Both the position numbers and the translations under genes were made by a program. The notes beneath the pieces are model-generated. The model saw nothing but the letters and a program-made list of their open reading frames with translations. It was not told the origin of the DNA and searched no databases. Positions 52,939-61,890 of a stretch of 64,000 bases of DNA are shown here, piece after piece. Origin of the DNA: an uncultured Mycoplasmatota bacterium (lineage in GTDB: Bacteria > Bacillota_I > Bacilli_A > RF39 > UBA660); the NCBI GenBank assembly GCA_946402735.1, contig CAMIXH010000002.1:310080-374079 (forward strand), written 5' to 3'. The stretch's first letter is position 1. Every line of letters starts with the position of its first letter.

Positions 52939-54381
52939 TTAATTATTATTTAAATTTAATGTTTGTCTATGATCATATTTCCAAGATAATTGTTGATTTA
53001 AAGCATCATAGTATTCAGCAAGCCATGGATTTGGTTCAACATCCATACCACCTAATTTAGCACCAACATTATTCCAAGCACCTGTTTCTAATGCAACAAC
53101 TAAATCATTTACAGAAATTAATCCTTTTTCACCAGTATTATAATCTAAGCAAGCTTCAATACATACTGGAGTTTGTTCTGATAAATGCCATTCTCTAGCA
53201 GTTGTATTATAAGGTTCAATTGTTGAAATAAATGTTAAATACATTAAGTCAGTTCTAAATAGATGTGGGTTTGTATCACCATACATTCCTTGTAGATACC
53301 ATTCATTGTAGAATTTAAATCCTAAGCAAGCAATGGCATCTTGAACTTGTTCATCATCATGTTCATTTAAAGCATATATTAACTTATCATAAATTACACT
53401 ATAAGATCTAACGAAATCAGATTCTTCAGTTCCATCAGCAAATAATAAGTAAGCTGGGAAGTAAGTATAATGATTTGTATCATTTGAGTTAACATTAATA
53501 ACTACTTCACATAAAACATCAGTATATTCATTTAATGTCATTCCATCAAAGAATTCATATCCTTGTTCGTTAATTGGTAAAGTACCATTCATAATTCTGA
53601 TAGTATTTTCTAAATTTTCAACAGTAATTAATCTCTTTTGTTGAGCAGTTAATGTTGGATTATTAGCAAAATAATTATCAAAAATATATTGAGCTCTTGC
53701 GTGTACTTGTTCAGGATCATTGATATCAAAGAATGTACCATATTCTCCTGCTACTAATTGTACAACTTCTTCCTCTTGAGTTTCTGTTGGAGTTTCAGTT
53801 TCTGTTGGAGTTTCAGTTTCTGTTGGTTTTTCTGTTTCTGTTGGAGTTTCAGTTTCTGTTGGTTTTTCTGTTTCTGTTGGTTTTTCTGTTTCTGTTGGTT
53901 GTTCATCTTCAGCTCTAGTAATAACTCTTACTGGAGTTTCAGTTTCTTCAACTGTTTCAGTTTCAGGTTTTTCACTTCTTACTTTCTTAGCTTCTAATCC
54001 AGTATGGATAGCAATTCCAGTAAGTAATGTAGCACCAACTAATCCTAAAGCAACAGCTCCAGCTCCAACTCCTTTCTCGTCATCTACAGAAGTTTCTTCT
54101 GCATGTGTTTCAACCCTTTCAGGTTCTTCAAGACCAGGAACAACTAATTCATATTTGTCATTTAAATAACTATGAAGTTCTACAGCTTGTGTATGATATT
54201 CTTCAACATTATCTACATTAACACCATTATGAATTCTTTTAACTTTCCAAATGTCACTATTAACTTCATTTAGAATTCTGTTAGTTGCGCCATTTTCTTT
54301 TAGTGTTGTACGATAAGCTACTAATGACTTATACATACTTTCACACATACTTTGTGTTTCTTTCACTAATTCATTTTTCAT
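52939..54381 (-). CDS. Type II membrane protein with a PTETE(K/T) repeat linker and a C-terminal extracytoplasmic domain
   Basis: The TM helix is GAGAVALGLVGATLLTGIAIHTGL, followed by 7 PTETE repeats. SD AAAGGGGG is present. Confidence 0.5.
   Translation of the reverse strand: MKNELVKETQSMCESMYKSLVAYRTTLKENGATNRILNEVNSDIWKVKRIHNGVNVDNVEEYHTQAVELHSYLNDKYELVVPGLEEPERVETHAEETSVDDEKGVGAGAVALGLVGATLLTGIAIHTGLEAKKVRSEKPETETVEETETPVRVITRAEDEQPTETEKPTETEKPTETETPTETEKPTETETPTETETPTETQEEEVVQLVAGEYGTFFDINDPEQVHARAQYIFDNYFANNPTLTAQQKRLITVENLENTIRIMNGTLPINEQGYEFFDGMTLNEYTDVLCEVVINVNSNDTNHYTYFPAYLLFADGTEESDFVRSYSVIYDKLIYALNEHDDEQVQDAIACLGFKFYNEWYLQGMYGDTNPHLFRTDLMYLTFISTIEPYNTTAREWHLSEQTPVCIEACLDYNTGEKGLISVNDLVVALETGAWNNVGAKLGGMDVEPNPWLAEYYDALNQQLSWKYDHRQTLNLNNN
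53781..53898 (-). repeat. About 6.5 tandem 18-nt repeats encoding PTETE(K/T)
   Basis: TTTCTGTTGG recurs every 18 nt from 53781 to 53889. Confidence 0.9.
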
Positions 54382-54411
54382 AAATTTTACCCCCTTTGAA
54401 AAAGTGATTGT

Positions 54412-54440
54412 ATTATACCATATTTTTTGAAAAAAGTCAA
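54412..54440 (-). promoter_or_regulatory. Near-consensus sigma-A promoter of the 54381..47919 cluster
   Basis: The - strand reads TTGACT, a 17-nt spacer, then TG-g-TATAAT, about 30 nt upstream of the ATG at 54381. Confidence 0.7.
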
Positions 54441-54495
54441 TCTTTTTGTATATTCGGACTAACTAAACGTGTATTATTATAGCAAAAAAAAAGTA

Positions 54496-54924
54496 TTAGT
54501 CAACCTCTTTTCTAACACTTTTTTTAATTAATTTTCTAATATTGAACTCAAATATTGTTATAAATAGAAGACCAGCATATATAATTGACTTAAAAATGTT
54601 CTTATATATGAATACTTTTTCTATATATTTTAATGAGTCATCTGTATAGTTAATTGTATTTATAACTATGTTTTGTAATATAAAACTATTAAATATTCCA
54701 AATAGTATGATCAGTATTAATTTACTAACTCTAGCTGAGCTGAATCTCCTTTTATAATTATATGCACAAGGCACAAGTAGAAACAATATTAATAAGTTAT
54801 TTAGTAAATAAACCATGCCAAAAAAAGTATTATCCACTTTAAAATAGATTATAAATTCTATAAAAGAGAATAATATAAATAAAAATGTAAGAATAAATAA
54901 AAGCAATTTCTTATATTTAAACAT
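54496..54924 (-). CDS. Small polytopic membrane protein
   Basis: The start is moved to MFKYKK, after GAGGTG. It has 4 hydrophobic helices. Confidence 0.45.
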   Translation of the reverse strand: MFKYKKLLLFILTFLFILFSFIEFIIYFKVDNTFFGMVYLLNNLLILFLLVPCAYNYKRRFSSARVSKLILIILFGIFNSFILQNIVINTINYTDDSLKYIEKVFIYKNIFKSIIYAGLLFITIFEFNIRKLIKKSVRKEVD

Positions 54925-55005
54925 ACTACACCTCACAATAATTATATCATATTTTCCTTGTTTTAATAAGCTATTATGTGGTATTATTTATATAGAGGGT
55001 ATAGC

Positions 55006-56742
55006 ATGAATAACGATACATTTAGAGATTTTATATATGACGGTGATTTTAGCGAAGAAAAAATAGAAAATATAAAAGAATACTATAATGCATCCGAAAA
55101 ACAACTAATCAGAAAAACTTTTAATTTTTTAAATGGCGAAATAGGTGTTATCAAAGATAACGCTTTTTTTGAAGAAATAATTAGTAATTCAGTAGAATTT
55201 CTTTGTTTATTATGTCAAAATTGTGAATTTAATGAAGAAGAAGTAATAATTAATAGAAGAAGAATTAAAAAAACTAGAGAAGCTCTCTTAGCAAATGCTA
55301 ATAAATTTTACAATACTAGTTTTATGGATTCAGCTAATAGACTTGATGAAATTGTTTTAGATAAAAATATTAAATTAGATGATCTAAAAAAATTATTAAT
55401 TAAATTAATAGATAAAAAAGAAGATATTAATATTATTAAAAAACTATTAAATACAAATAAAGGAGTTATATTACAAGATAAAAATGATTTGTTTGATTAT
55501 GTATTTGATTTATCAGTAGATGCTATTGTTAATAATGACTTATATATATATTATTATATATCTTTATTAAAAATATTCTATACATCTACTATTAATAAGA
55601 GAGAATATCTAGATAGATTAAATGCAAAAACAGATGAAACTAATCAATTTGCTAATGAAATTTATTTAATTATATTTGGTGTTAAAAGAGGTTTAGAACC
55701 AGATGAAATATTAGATAAATACGGAATAATAAAAGATATTTCTACACCATACTTTTATATTCCTAATAAAGAGTATTACGATGAACAAATTATTACTATA
55801 GATAATGAAGGAACTAGATTAAGAGATGACGCTCTTAGTATAAGAAGAGAAAATGATGATTATGTTGTAGGAATACATATAGCAGATCCAACTTCAGCAA
55901 TTAGACCAAATAGTATTGAAGATATTATTGCTAGAAATAATTTTAAAGTTTTATATTTAGGAGAAAACAGTGTTAGAATTTTATCACCTGAAGTAGAAAA
56001 TCGTTTTTCTTTAAATGAAGCACAACCAAGAGAAGTTGTATCACTTTATGCAATTATTGATCAATATGGTCATGTAAAAAAATACTATATAACTGAAAAT
56101 GTTATTAGCGTAACAAGAAACTTTAGTCATGATGAAAGTAATGATTTATTTGATAATTTTGATAGAGATTTTACTAAACCATTAAAAGATTTATATGATG
56201 TTGCTTGTTTACTTGATCAAAATAATCCAAATAAAAAATTATATTGGTATAAAAAAGATATCAGTTCTTTTGATAAAAAAATAAGAGATAGTAAAAGTGA
56301 TAAAATTAATTCAGAATTAATGGTTTTATATAACAAATTAATAGCAACCTTAATGTGTAATGAATCAGTACCTTATGTATATAGAATACAAGATCCATCT
56401 TACATACAAAACTTAGTTAGAAAAATGAAAATAGATGTAGATGAAAGTACTCAAAAAGTAATAGATAGAATATATATGGATAGTAAGTATTCAACAACAC
56501 CAAGATTTCATAATGGTCTTCATATACCTATATATTCACACTCTACTGACCCATTAAGAAGATACCCTGATTTATATAATTTGTTCCTAATGCATGGTTT
56601 CTATTTTAGTGATATGGATGTACCATTTACTCAAGAGTTTTTTGAAGAATTAGTTTTATATTTTAATCAGAGAAATATGGAACTATCGTTAATGGAAAGT
56701 GAATATGAAAGAGCATTAAAATTACAAAGAGTTAAAAAATAA
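55006..56742 (+). CDS. RNB-domain exoribonuclease (RNase II/R family) without recognisable CSD/S1 domains
   Basis: RNB motifs are IDNEGTRLRDDALSI, GIHIADP and HNGLHIPIYSHSTDPLRRYPDLYN. The start is moved to MNNDTF, behind AGAGGG. Confidence 0.7.
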   Translation: MNNDTFRDFIYDGDFSEEKIENIKEYYNASEKQLIRKTFNFLNGEIGVIKDNAFFEEIISNSVEFLCLLCQNCEFNEEEVIINRRRIKKTREALLANANKFYNTSFMDSANRLDEIVLDKNIKLDDLKKLLIKLIDKKEDINIIKKLLNTNKGVILQDKNDLFDYVFDLSVDAIVNNDLYIYYYISLLKIFYTSTINKREYLDRLNAKTDETNQFANEIYLIIFGVKRGLEPDEILDKYGIIKDISTPYFYIPNKEYYDEQIITIDNEGTRLRDDALSIRRENDDYVVGIHIADPTSAIRPNSIEDIIARNNFKVLYLGENSVRILSPEVENRFSLNEAQPREVVSLYAIIDQYGHVKKYYITENVISVTRNFSHDESNDLFDNFDRDFTKPLKDLYDVACLLDQNNPNKKLYWYKKDISSFDKKIRDSKSDKINSELMVLYNKLIATLMCNESVPYVYRIQDPSYIQNLVRKMKIDVDESTQKVIDRIYMDSKYSTTPRFHNGLHIPIYSHSTDPLRRYPDLYNLFLMHGFYFSDMDVPFTQEFFEELVLYFNQRNMELSLMESEYERALKLQRVKK

Positions 56743-56812
56743 TAACTCTTTTTTTATAACTATTATTTAAATATAATTTTCTTTATGATAAAATTAATTA
56801 GAGGTTTTAATT

Positions 56813-57301
56813 ATGAAAAGAATTGATAAAACAAATTATTATTTAGATATAGCTGAAACTACATTAGAAAGATCAACATGTTTAAGAAGAAAATGGGGAG
56901 CAGTAATTGTTAAAGATGATGAAATAATTGCAACTGGATATAATGGTGCTCCAAGAGGAAGAAAAAATTGTACAGATTTAGGAAAATGTATAAGAGAAGA
57001 ATTGAAAATTCCAAGAGGGGAAAGATACGAATTATGTAGAAGTGTTCATGCAGAACAAAATGCAATCATATCTGCTCCTAGAAAAGATATGATGGGTGCT
57101 ACTTTATATGAAGTTGGTGTAGATGCTAAAACTGGTGAATATGTAAAAGATGCAATGCCATGTGCAATGTGTAAAAGATTTATAATCAACAGTGGAATTT
57201 CAAAAATGGTATTTAGAGATTCAAAACAAAAATATAGAGAAATTGATGTACAAGAATTAGTTGATAATGATGATAGTTTAGATGGAACGAAGGGATATTA
57301 A
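56813..57301 (+). CDS. comEB: dCMP deaminase (ComEB-type)
   Basis: Zinc motifs are HAEQNAI and PCAMCKRFI. Confidence 0.85.
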   Translation: MKRIDKTNYYLDIAETTLERSTCLRRKWGAVIVKDDEIIATGYNGAPRGRKNCTDLGKCIREELKIPRGERYELCRSVHAEQNAIISAPRKDMMGATLYEVGVDAKTGEYVKDAMPCAMCKRFIINSGISKMVFRDSKQKYREIDVQELVDNDDSLDGTKGY

Positions 57302-57306
57302 TTTTT

Positions 57307-58158
57307 ATGACTTTAGATATAATTGTTAATGTTTATAATTTAGAAAAAACATTAGAATCACTTTATAATAAATTTGAAGAAGAACTAAAAAATATTAAAT
57401 ATAATTTAATTTTTATAGATAATGCTTCAACAGACAAAACATTAGAAATTTTGAAAAATATACAGAAAAATAACGATTTAAACGTAAAAATTGTTAGTTT
57501 TTCTAAAAAATTTGATAAAAATTCATGTTTTTTAGCAGGAATTATTCATTCTAAACATGATTTTGTATGTTTATATGACCTTGATAATAATTATCAAATT
57601 AATCAAATAGCAAAAATGTATGATTACTTATGTAACCATAAAGAATATGATCAAATATGTATGAAAACAAATTATGTTGAAACAAATTTTTTCAGAAAAA
57701 TGAAACTAAAATTATTTAATAAAATGTATGATTTAAATTTTGATTATAATAATTCATATTTTAGAATTATGAATAAAAATGTTGTTAATGCAATAATTGA
57801 ATATTCAAAACAAAAACCATTTTCAATTTATACATTTAATGAAATTGGATTTAATACTTATTATATGAAAACAGAAAATAAAAAAATTGATGAAATAAAT
57901 TATAAATTATTAAAAGAATATTCAACTAGTAAAAATAAAATTTATAACACAATTACTTTATCATTATTAACATTAACATTCGTTTATTTATTAATGATTA
58001 TTCTTGAATTATTTGTTGTTAATAATAATATAATTTTATTATTCTTAATACTAACTAATATATTTAATTTATATTTGCATTCTTTATTTAATAAAGAAAA
58101 AGAAAAAACCTATTATCTTATAAAAGAAAGAATAGGTTTTGAAGAAAATGTATTATAA
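57307..58158 (+). CDS. Family 2 glycosyltransferase with C-terminal TM helices (polyprenol-phosphate GT-like)
   Basis: The N-terminal GT2 pattern is DIIVNVYNLEKTL...FIDNASTDKT...DLD, with 2 C-terminal TM helices. Confidence 0.6.
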   Translation: MTLDIIVNVYNLEKTLESLYNKFEEELKNIKYNLIFIDNASTDKTLEILKNIQKNNDLNVKIVSFSKKFDKNSCFLAGIIHSKHDFVCLYDLDNNYQINQIAKMYDYLCNHKEYDQICMKTNYVETNFFRKMKLKLFNKMYDLNFDYNNSYFRIMNKNVVNAIIEYSKQKPFSIYTFNEIGFNTYYMKTENKKIDEINYKLLKEYSTSKNKIYNTITLSLLTLTFVYLLMIILELFVVNNNIILLFLILTNIFNLYLHSLFNKEKEKTYYLIKERIGFEENVL

Positions 58159-58188
58159 AAAAGATCTAATTAATTAGATCTTTTTATT

Positions 58189-59196
58189 TTAATCATTTAA
58201 TGTAATATGACTTTGTGCATTTACTGATAAATCAGCAAACTTTTTATGTTTATAAAGTACATATGCTGCTGCTCCTATCATAGCTGCATTATCTGTACAA
58301 TATCTTTTTTCTGGCATATGCATTTCAACACCAATTTCATCACACATATTTTTAAGAGCATTTCTAATAAATGAGTTAGCAGCAACACCACCGCTTAATA
58401 AGAATGTTTTAATATTATATTTAAGTAATGCTTTTTTTGTTTTATCAACTAAATGTGATGTAACACAATTTTGAAATGAACATGCTAAATCATTTTTATT
58501 AATTTCATTTCCTCTTTGATGTTCATTATGAACTAAATTATTGCAATGACTCTTTATACCACTAAAACTAAAATTAAATGACTCATCATTCATTATTTGT
58601 GGCATTTTATATGTAGGGTTTCCTTCAAGTGCATACTTTTCAACATTAGGTCCACCTGGATATGGTAAATCTAATATTCTTGCTACTTTGTCATAAGCTT
58701 CACCAATAGCATCATCTAAAGTAGAACCTAAATATTCAAAACTATCTTCTGATTTCATTAATATTAAATCAGTATGACCACCACTAACTATTAATGATAT
58801 CAATGGATATTCTAATTTATTACCAATCATATTAGCATATATATGACCCATCATATGATTAGTTGCTATAAATGGTTTGTTATATATAAATGCAAGTGCC
58901 TTTGTAGCTTCTACTCCAACAAGTAAACTACCAAGAAGTCCTGGAGCATAAGTACAAGCAAATGCATCCATATCTTCAAGTTTCATATTAGCTTTTTCTA
59001 AACATTCATTAATAACCATAGTAATATTTTCTAAATGTAATCTACTTGCAACTTCTGGTACTACTCCACCATATTTAGTATGTACATCAATTTGTGAATT
59101 AATGATAGTCGCAATATCTTCATAGCCATTTTTAATTATACTTACACTAGTTTCATCACATGATGATTCTACTGCTAAAATATATACATCCTTCAT
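58189..59196 (-). CDS. tsaD: tRNA N6-adenosine threonylcarbamoyltransferase TsaD
   Basis: Motifs are ILAVESSCDETS, HMMGHIYA and SGGVAAN. Confidence 0.9.
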   Translation of the reverse strand: MKDVYILAVESSCDETSVSIIKNGYEDIATIINSQIDVHTKYGGVVPEVASRLHLENITMVINECLEKANMKLEDMDAFACTYAPGLLGSLLVGVEATKALAFIYNKPFIATNHMMGHIYANMIGNKLEYPLISLIVSGGHTDLILMKSEDSFEYLGSTLDDAIGEAYDKVARILDLPYPGGPNVEKYALEGNPTYKMPQIMNDESFNFSFSGIKSHCNNLVHNEHQRGNEINKNDLACSFQNCVTSHLVDKTKKALLKYNIKTFLLSGGVAANSFIRNALKNMCDEIGVEMHMPEKRYCTDNAAMIGAAAYVLYKHKKFADLSVNAQSHITLND

Positions 59197-59528
59197 TATT
59201 TCACCTTCTCCATAATTATTGCTGTATCTTCACCATAGTATCTTTCACGAAGACTAATTTCAGTGAAACCAAACTTAGTATATAGTCTAATTGCCTCATT
59301 ATTATTTTCATTTACTTCAAGCATTATTCTATTATAATCTTCTTTTTCAATTACCTCGTTTAATAAAGATGAAGCAATACCTTTACGTCTTTCTTCCTCA
59401 TTAACATATAAATTCATAATATCAAGAACACCATCAACAAGTCTTATTTCAATATATCCTAAAACAGTATCTCCATTCATATAATTATAAATAGCATCTG
59501 TATCACTTAATATTTCCTTATTTATCAT
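59196..59528 (-). CDS. rimI: Short GNAT acetyltransferase (RimI-like)
   Basis: It has the acetyl-CoA motif RRKGIASSLL and LEVNENNNEAIRLYTKFGF, and sits between tsaB and tsaD. Confidence 0.65.
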   Translation of the reverse strand: MINKEILSDTDAIYNYMNGDTVLGYIEIRLVDGVLDIMNLYVNEEERRKGIASSLLNEVIEKEDYNRIMLEVNENNNEAIRLYTKFGFTEISLRERYYGEDTAIIMEKVK

Positions 59529-60069
59529 GTTCCACCTCTATCTTTTTAACATAATTAGCATTAACATGATGAGAATTTTCACTTTTCATATTTTTGCAAT
59601 ATTCTATTATTTTTTCTACATCTAGTTTTTTATCTACTAGATCATAATTTTCATTATCTTCTTCACTATAATATTCAGGAACAATAATATTGTTACTTTC
59701 ATCCATTACACTAATATAATAACCTTTATTATCTTCAATAACAGCTTTTCTTTTTTTGCCATTATCATTACTAATTAAATATGCTGTTAAACTAGAAATC
59801 GTATTAATATCAATATTTAAAGCATAAGCCATAGTCTTAGCAATAGAAAGACCTATTCTAATACCAGTAAAACTTCCTGGTCCATTAACTACTATAATCT
59901 TTTTTAAATCTTTTACATCTAGATTATTTTCTTTAAATAAACTTTCTATTAAAGGCATAGTATAAATAGAGTGACTATATTCACTCTCTTTTGTTTTTAT
60001 AAATAATTCATCATTATTCTTTAATGCAACAGTAATTAACTCATCATGAGTATCGATAAATAATATCAT
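59518..60069 (-). CDS. tsaB: TsaB (t6A biosynthesis, TsaD partner), short form
   Basis: It has ILFIDTH and VNGPGSFTGIRIGLSIAKTMAYAL. Confidence 0.8.
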   Translation of the reverse strand: MILFIDTHDELITVALKNNDELFIKTKESEYSHSIYTMPLIESLFKENNLDVKDLKKIIVVNGPGSFTGIRIGLSIAKTMAYALNIDINTISSLTAYLISNDNGKKRKAVIEDNKGYYISVMDESNNIIVPEYYSEEDNENYDLVDKKLDVEKIIEYCKNMKSENSHHVNANYVKKIEVEHDK

Positions 60070-60118
60070 ACTCCACCTCGCTTCCGAAATATTATAATAC
60101 TTTTATATTATTTGTCAA

Positions 60119-61012
60119 TTATGACCATAGGTCACTTTTATATTCTCCATCACTAATTAATTTATTAATGTAATTAGTAACTCCATCTTTATCTTCTTTA
60201 TATGTAACACCAACCCATTTAGCATTAGTTGATTCTACATATACATTTAATAATTTTTCATCTAATGCTTTTGAAATAACATCTGGTATTAAGTATTCTG
60301 CTTTTAATAAATCATTATTTTGTAAGAAATCATCAAAATTATCTTCAATATAATTAAAGAAATTAGCAGGAAATACTATCATATTCATTGAAACTAGATC
60401 ATTTTCTGAAATAGTAAATGAATCATCTCCAGAAAGTGGTGAAGCCTCAATAATATCACCTTTAGTTTCTATACTACTTTCTATTATTCTTAACAATTTA
60501 CCATTTTCTATTTTAAGAATTCCTCTTTTAACAGCTCCATTTTCAGTTAATGTATTACTTACTTTATAACCTACTATTGCTATATCTTTTTCATTCTTAT
60601 CCATAAAATTACTTGCTACCATAAATGCATCTCTTCCATAAAAATCATCTGCATTAATAATTGCAAAATCTTCATGCACTTTATCTTTAGCACATAGTAT
60701 TGCATGTGCTGTTCCTAATGGTTTTACTCTTTCAGCTGGAATAGTATATTTCTTATCAACATTATCAAAATTTTGAAATACATATTCTACCTTTATATGA
60801 TTTTCTACTCTTTTACCAACTGTTTCTCTAAATAAATCATAATTTTCTTCTTTAATAATGAATACTACTTTATTAAATCCTGCTTTAATAGCATCATAAA
60901 TTGAATAATCAATTATGTATTCACCATTTGGTCCAAACTTCTCAGTTTGTTTTAATCCTCCATATCTGCTACCCATTCCAGCAGCAAGTATTACTAATGT
61001 TTTTCCTTTCAT
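60119..61012 (-). CDS. Sugar-phosphate nucleotidyltransferase family protein
   Basis: It has LAAGMGSRYGGLKQ and KPLGTAHA. Confidence 0.65.
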   Translation of the reverse strand: MKGKTLVILAAGMGSRYGGLKQTEKFGPNGEYIIDYSIYDAIKAGFNKVVFIIKEENYDLFRETVGKRVENHIKVEYVFQNFDNVDKKYTIPAERVKPLGTAHAILCAKDKVHEDFAIINADDFYGRDAFMVASNFMDKNEKDIAIVGYKVSNTLTENGAVKRGILKIENGKLLRIIESSIETKGDIIEASPLSGDDSFTISENDLVSMNMIVFPANFFNYIEDNFDDFLQNNDLLKAEYLIPDVISKALDEKLLNVYVESTNAKWVGVTYKEDKDGVTNYINKLISDGEYKSDLWS

Positions 61013-61022
61013 AATCTCCTCC

Positions 61023-61856
61023 TTATAACTTTATTTTACTATCTTCATTATAACCTAAAGATGTTAAAAATAATTGAAAACTTGGTACTTTTATTGATTT
61101 ATAATAATCCAAATCAAGTTCAATAAAAGGTTTAATAAATTCAATTAATTCTTCATCATTAAATGCAAATTCTTCTTCTACTTTATTATTTTCACCTAGT
61201 GTTGCAAATAACAATCTACCAGTATATTCACGATTAACATATTCTAATCTATATCCAGCCCTTTTACCATTTTTTCTTTGATAACGTCTAAATATAAAGA
61301 AACAAAAGGTTTTTATTTCATCTATTTCATTTAATCCAACTTTCACTTTGTATTTCTTTTTTATTCTTTCAATATCATTAGGATTATTTGATATTTCTTT
61401 CAAATATAATGTTCTTAGTGCTAAATATCTGTGCATACCATTGGAATATATAAGATTAATATTATTAGCATTATCTATTCTACATACACTCATTAATTCA
61501 GGACTAGCATTACATTTTTCTAACATTGCATCTCTATTTAATAACAAATTATCATTTGATCTTATATGATGCTCATCTGTTTTTTTAAAGAAACTTCTTT
61601 TTGGTTTTGGTTCATCTTTATAGAATTCGCATAATAAATCAAATATAGATTCAGCTCCTCTTGAATTATTAATGTTAGTACCATATATATCGCCAATGCT
61701 TACTTCCGTTATAACTTGTGGTCTAAATATTATTACATTAGAAATAACACCAAGGTATTGTGGTGTATGATAAACATTAGTATCAACTAACTTAGATAAA
61801 TATTCAGGATTGATACCATGATAAATTAAAAATTGTTTTATAACATTATTTAGCAT
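61023..61856 (-). CDS. Hypothetical protein
   Basis: A 277-aa ORF. It has one ParB/Srx-like motif (SNGMHRYLA) and no SD or promoter of its own. Confidence 0.35.
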   Translation of the reverse strand: MLNNVIKQFLIYHGINPEYLSKLVDTNVYHTPQYLGVISNVIIFRPQVITEVSIGDIYGTNINNSRGAESIFDLLCEFYKDEPKPKRSFFKKTDEHHIRSNDNLLLNRDAMLEKCNASPELMSVCRIDNANNINLIYSNGMHRYLALRTLYLKEISNNPNDIERIKKKYKVKVGLNEIDEIKTFCFFIFRRYQRKNGKRAGYRLEYVNREYTGRLLFATLGENNKVEEEFAFNDEELIEFIKPFIELDLDYYKSIKVPSFQLFLTSLGYNEDSKIKL

Positions 61857-61861
61857 AAACT

Positions 61862-61890
61862 CAAAAAGAGATTACAAAATTGTAATCTCT
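61862..61890 (-). terminator. Hairpin/terminator immediately after ftsH
   Basis: AGAGATTACA-aaat-TGTAATCTCT is followed by TTTTGAGTTT on the - strand and overlaps the ftsH stop. Confidence 0.6.

Noticed and set aside
53733-53997. Regularly spaced 18-nt repeats, which could be mistaken for a mini CRISPR-like array, plus two + strand ORFs (FLLEF/FCW repeats).
   Set aside because: The repeats are contiguous with no spacers and lie in frame within a long - strand ORF, where they encode PTETE(K/T). The + strand ORFs are antisense translations of the same repeat. There is no CRISPR array.
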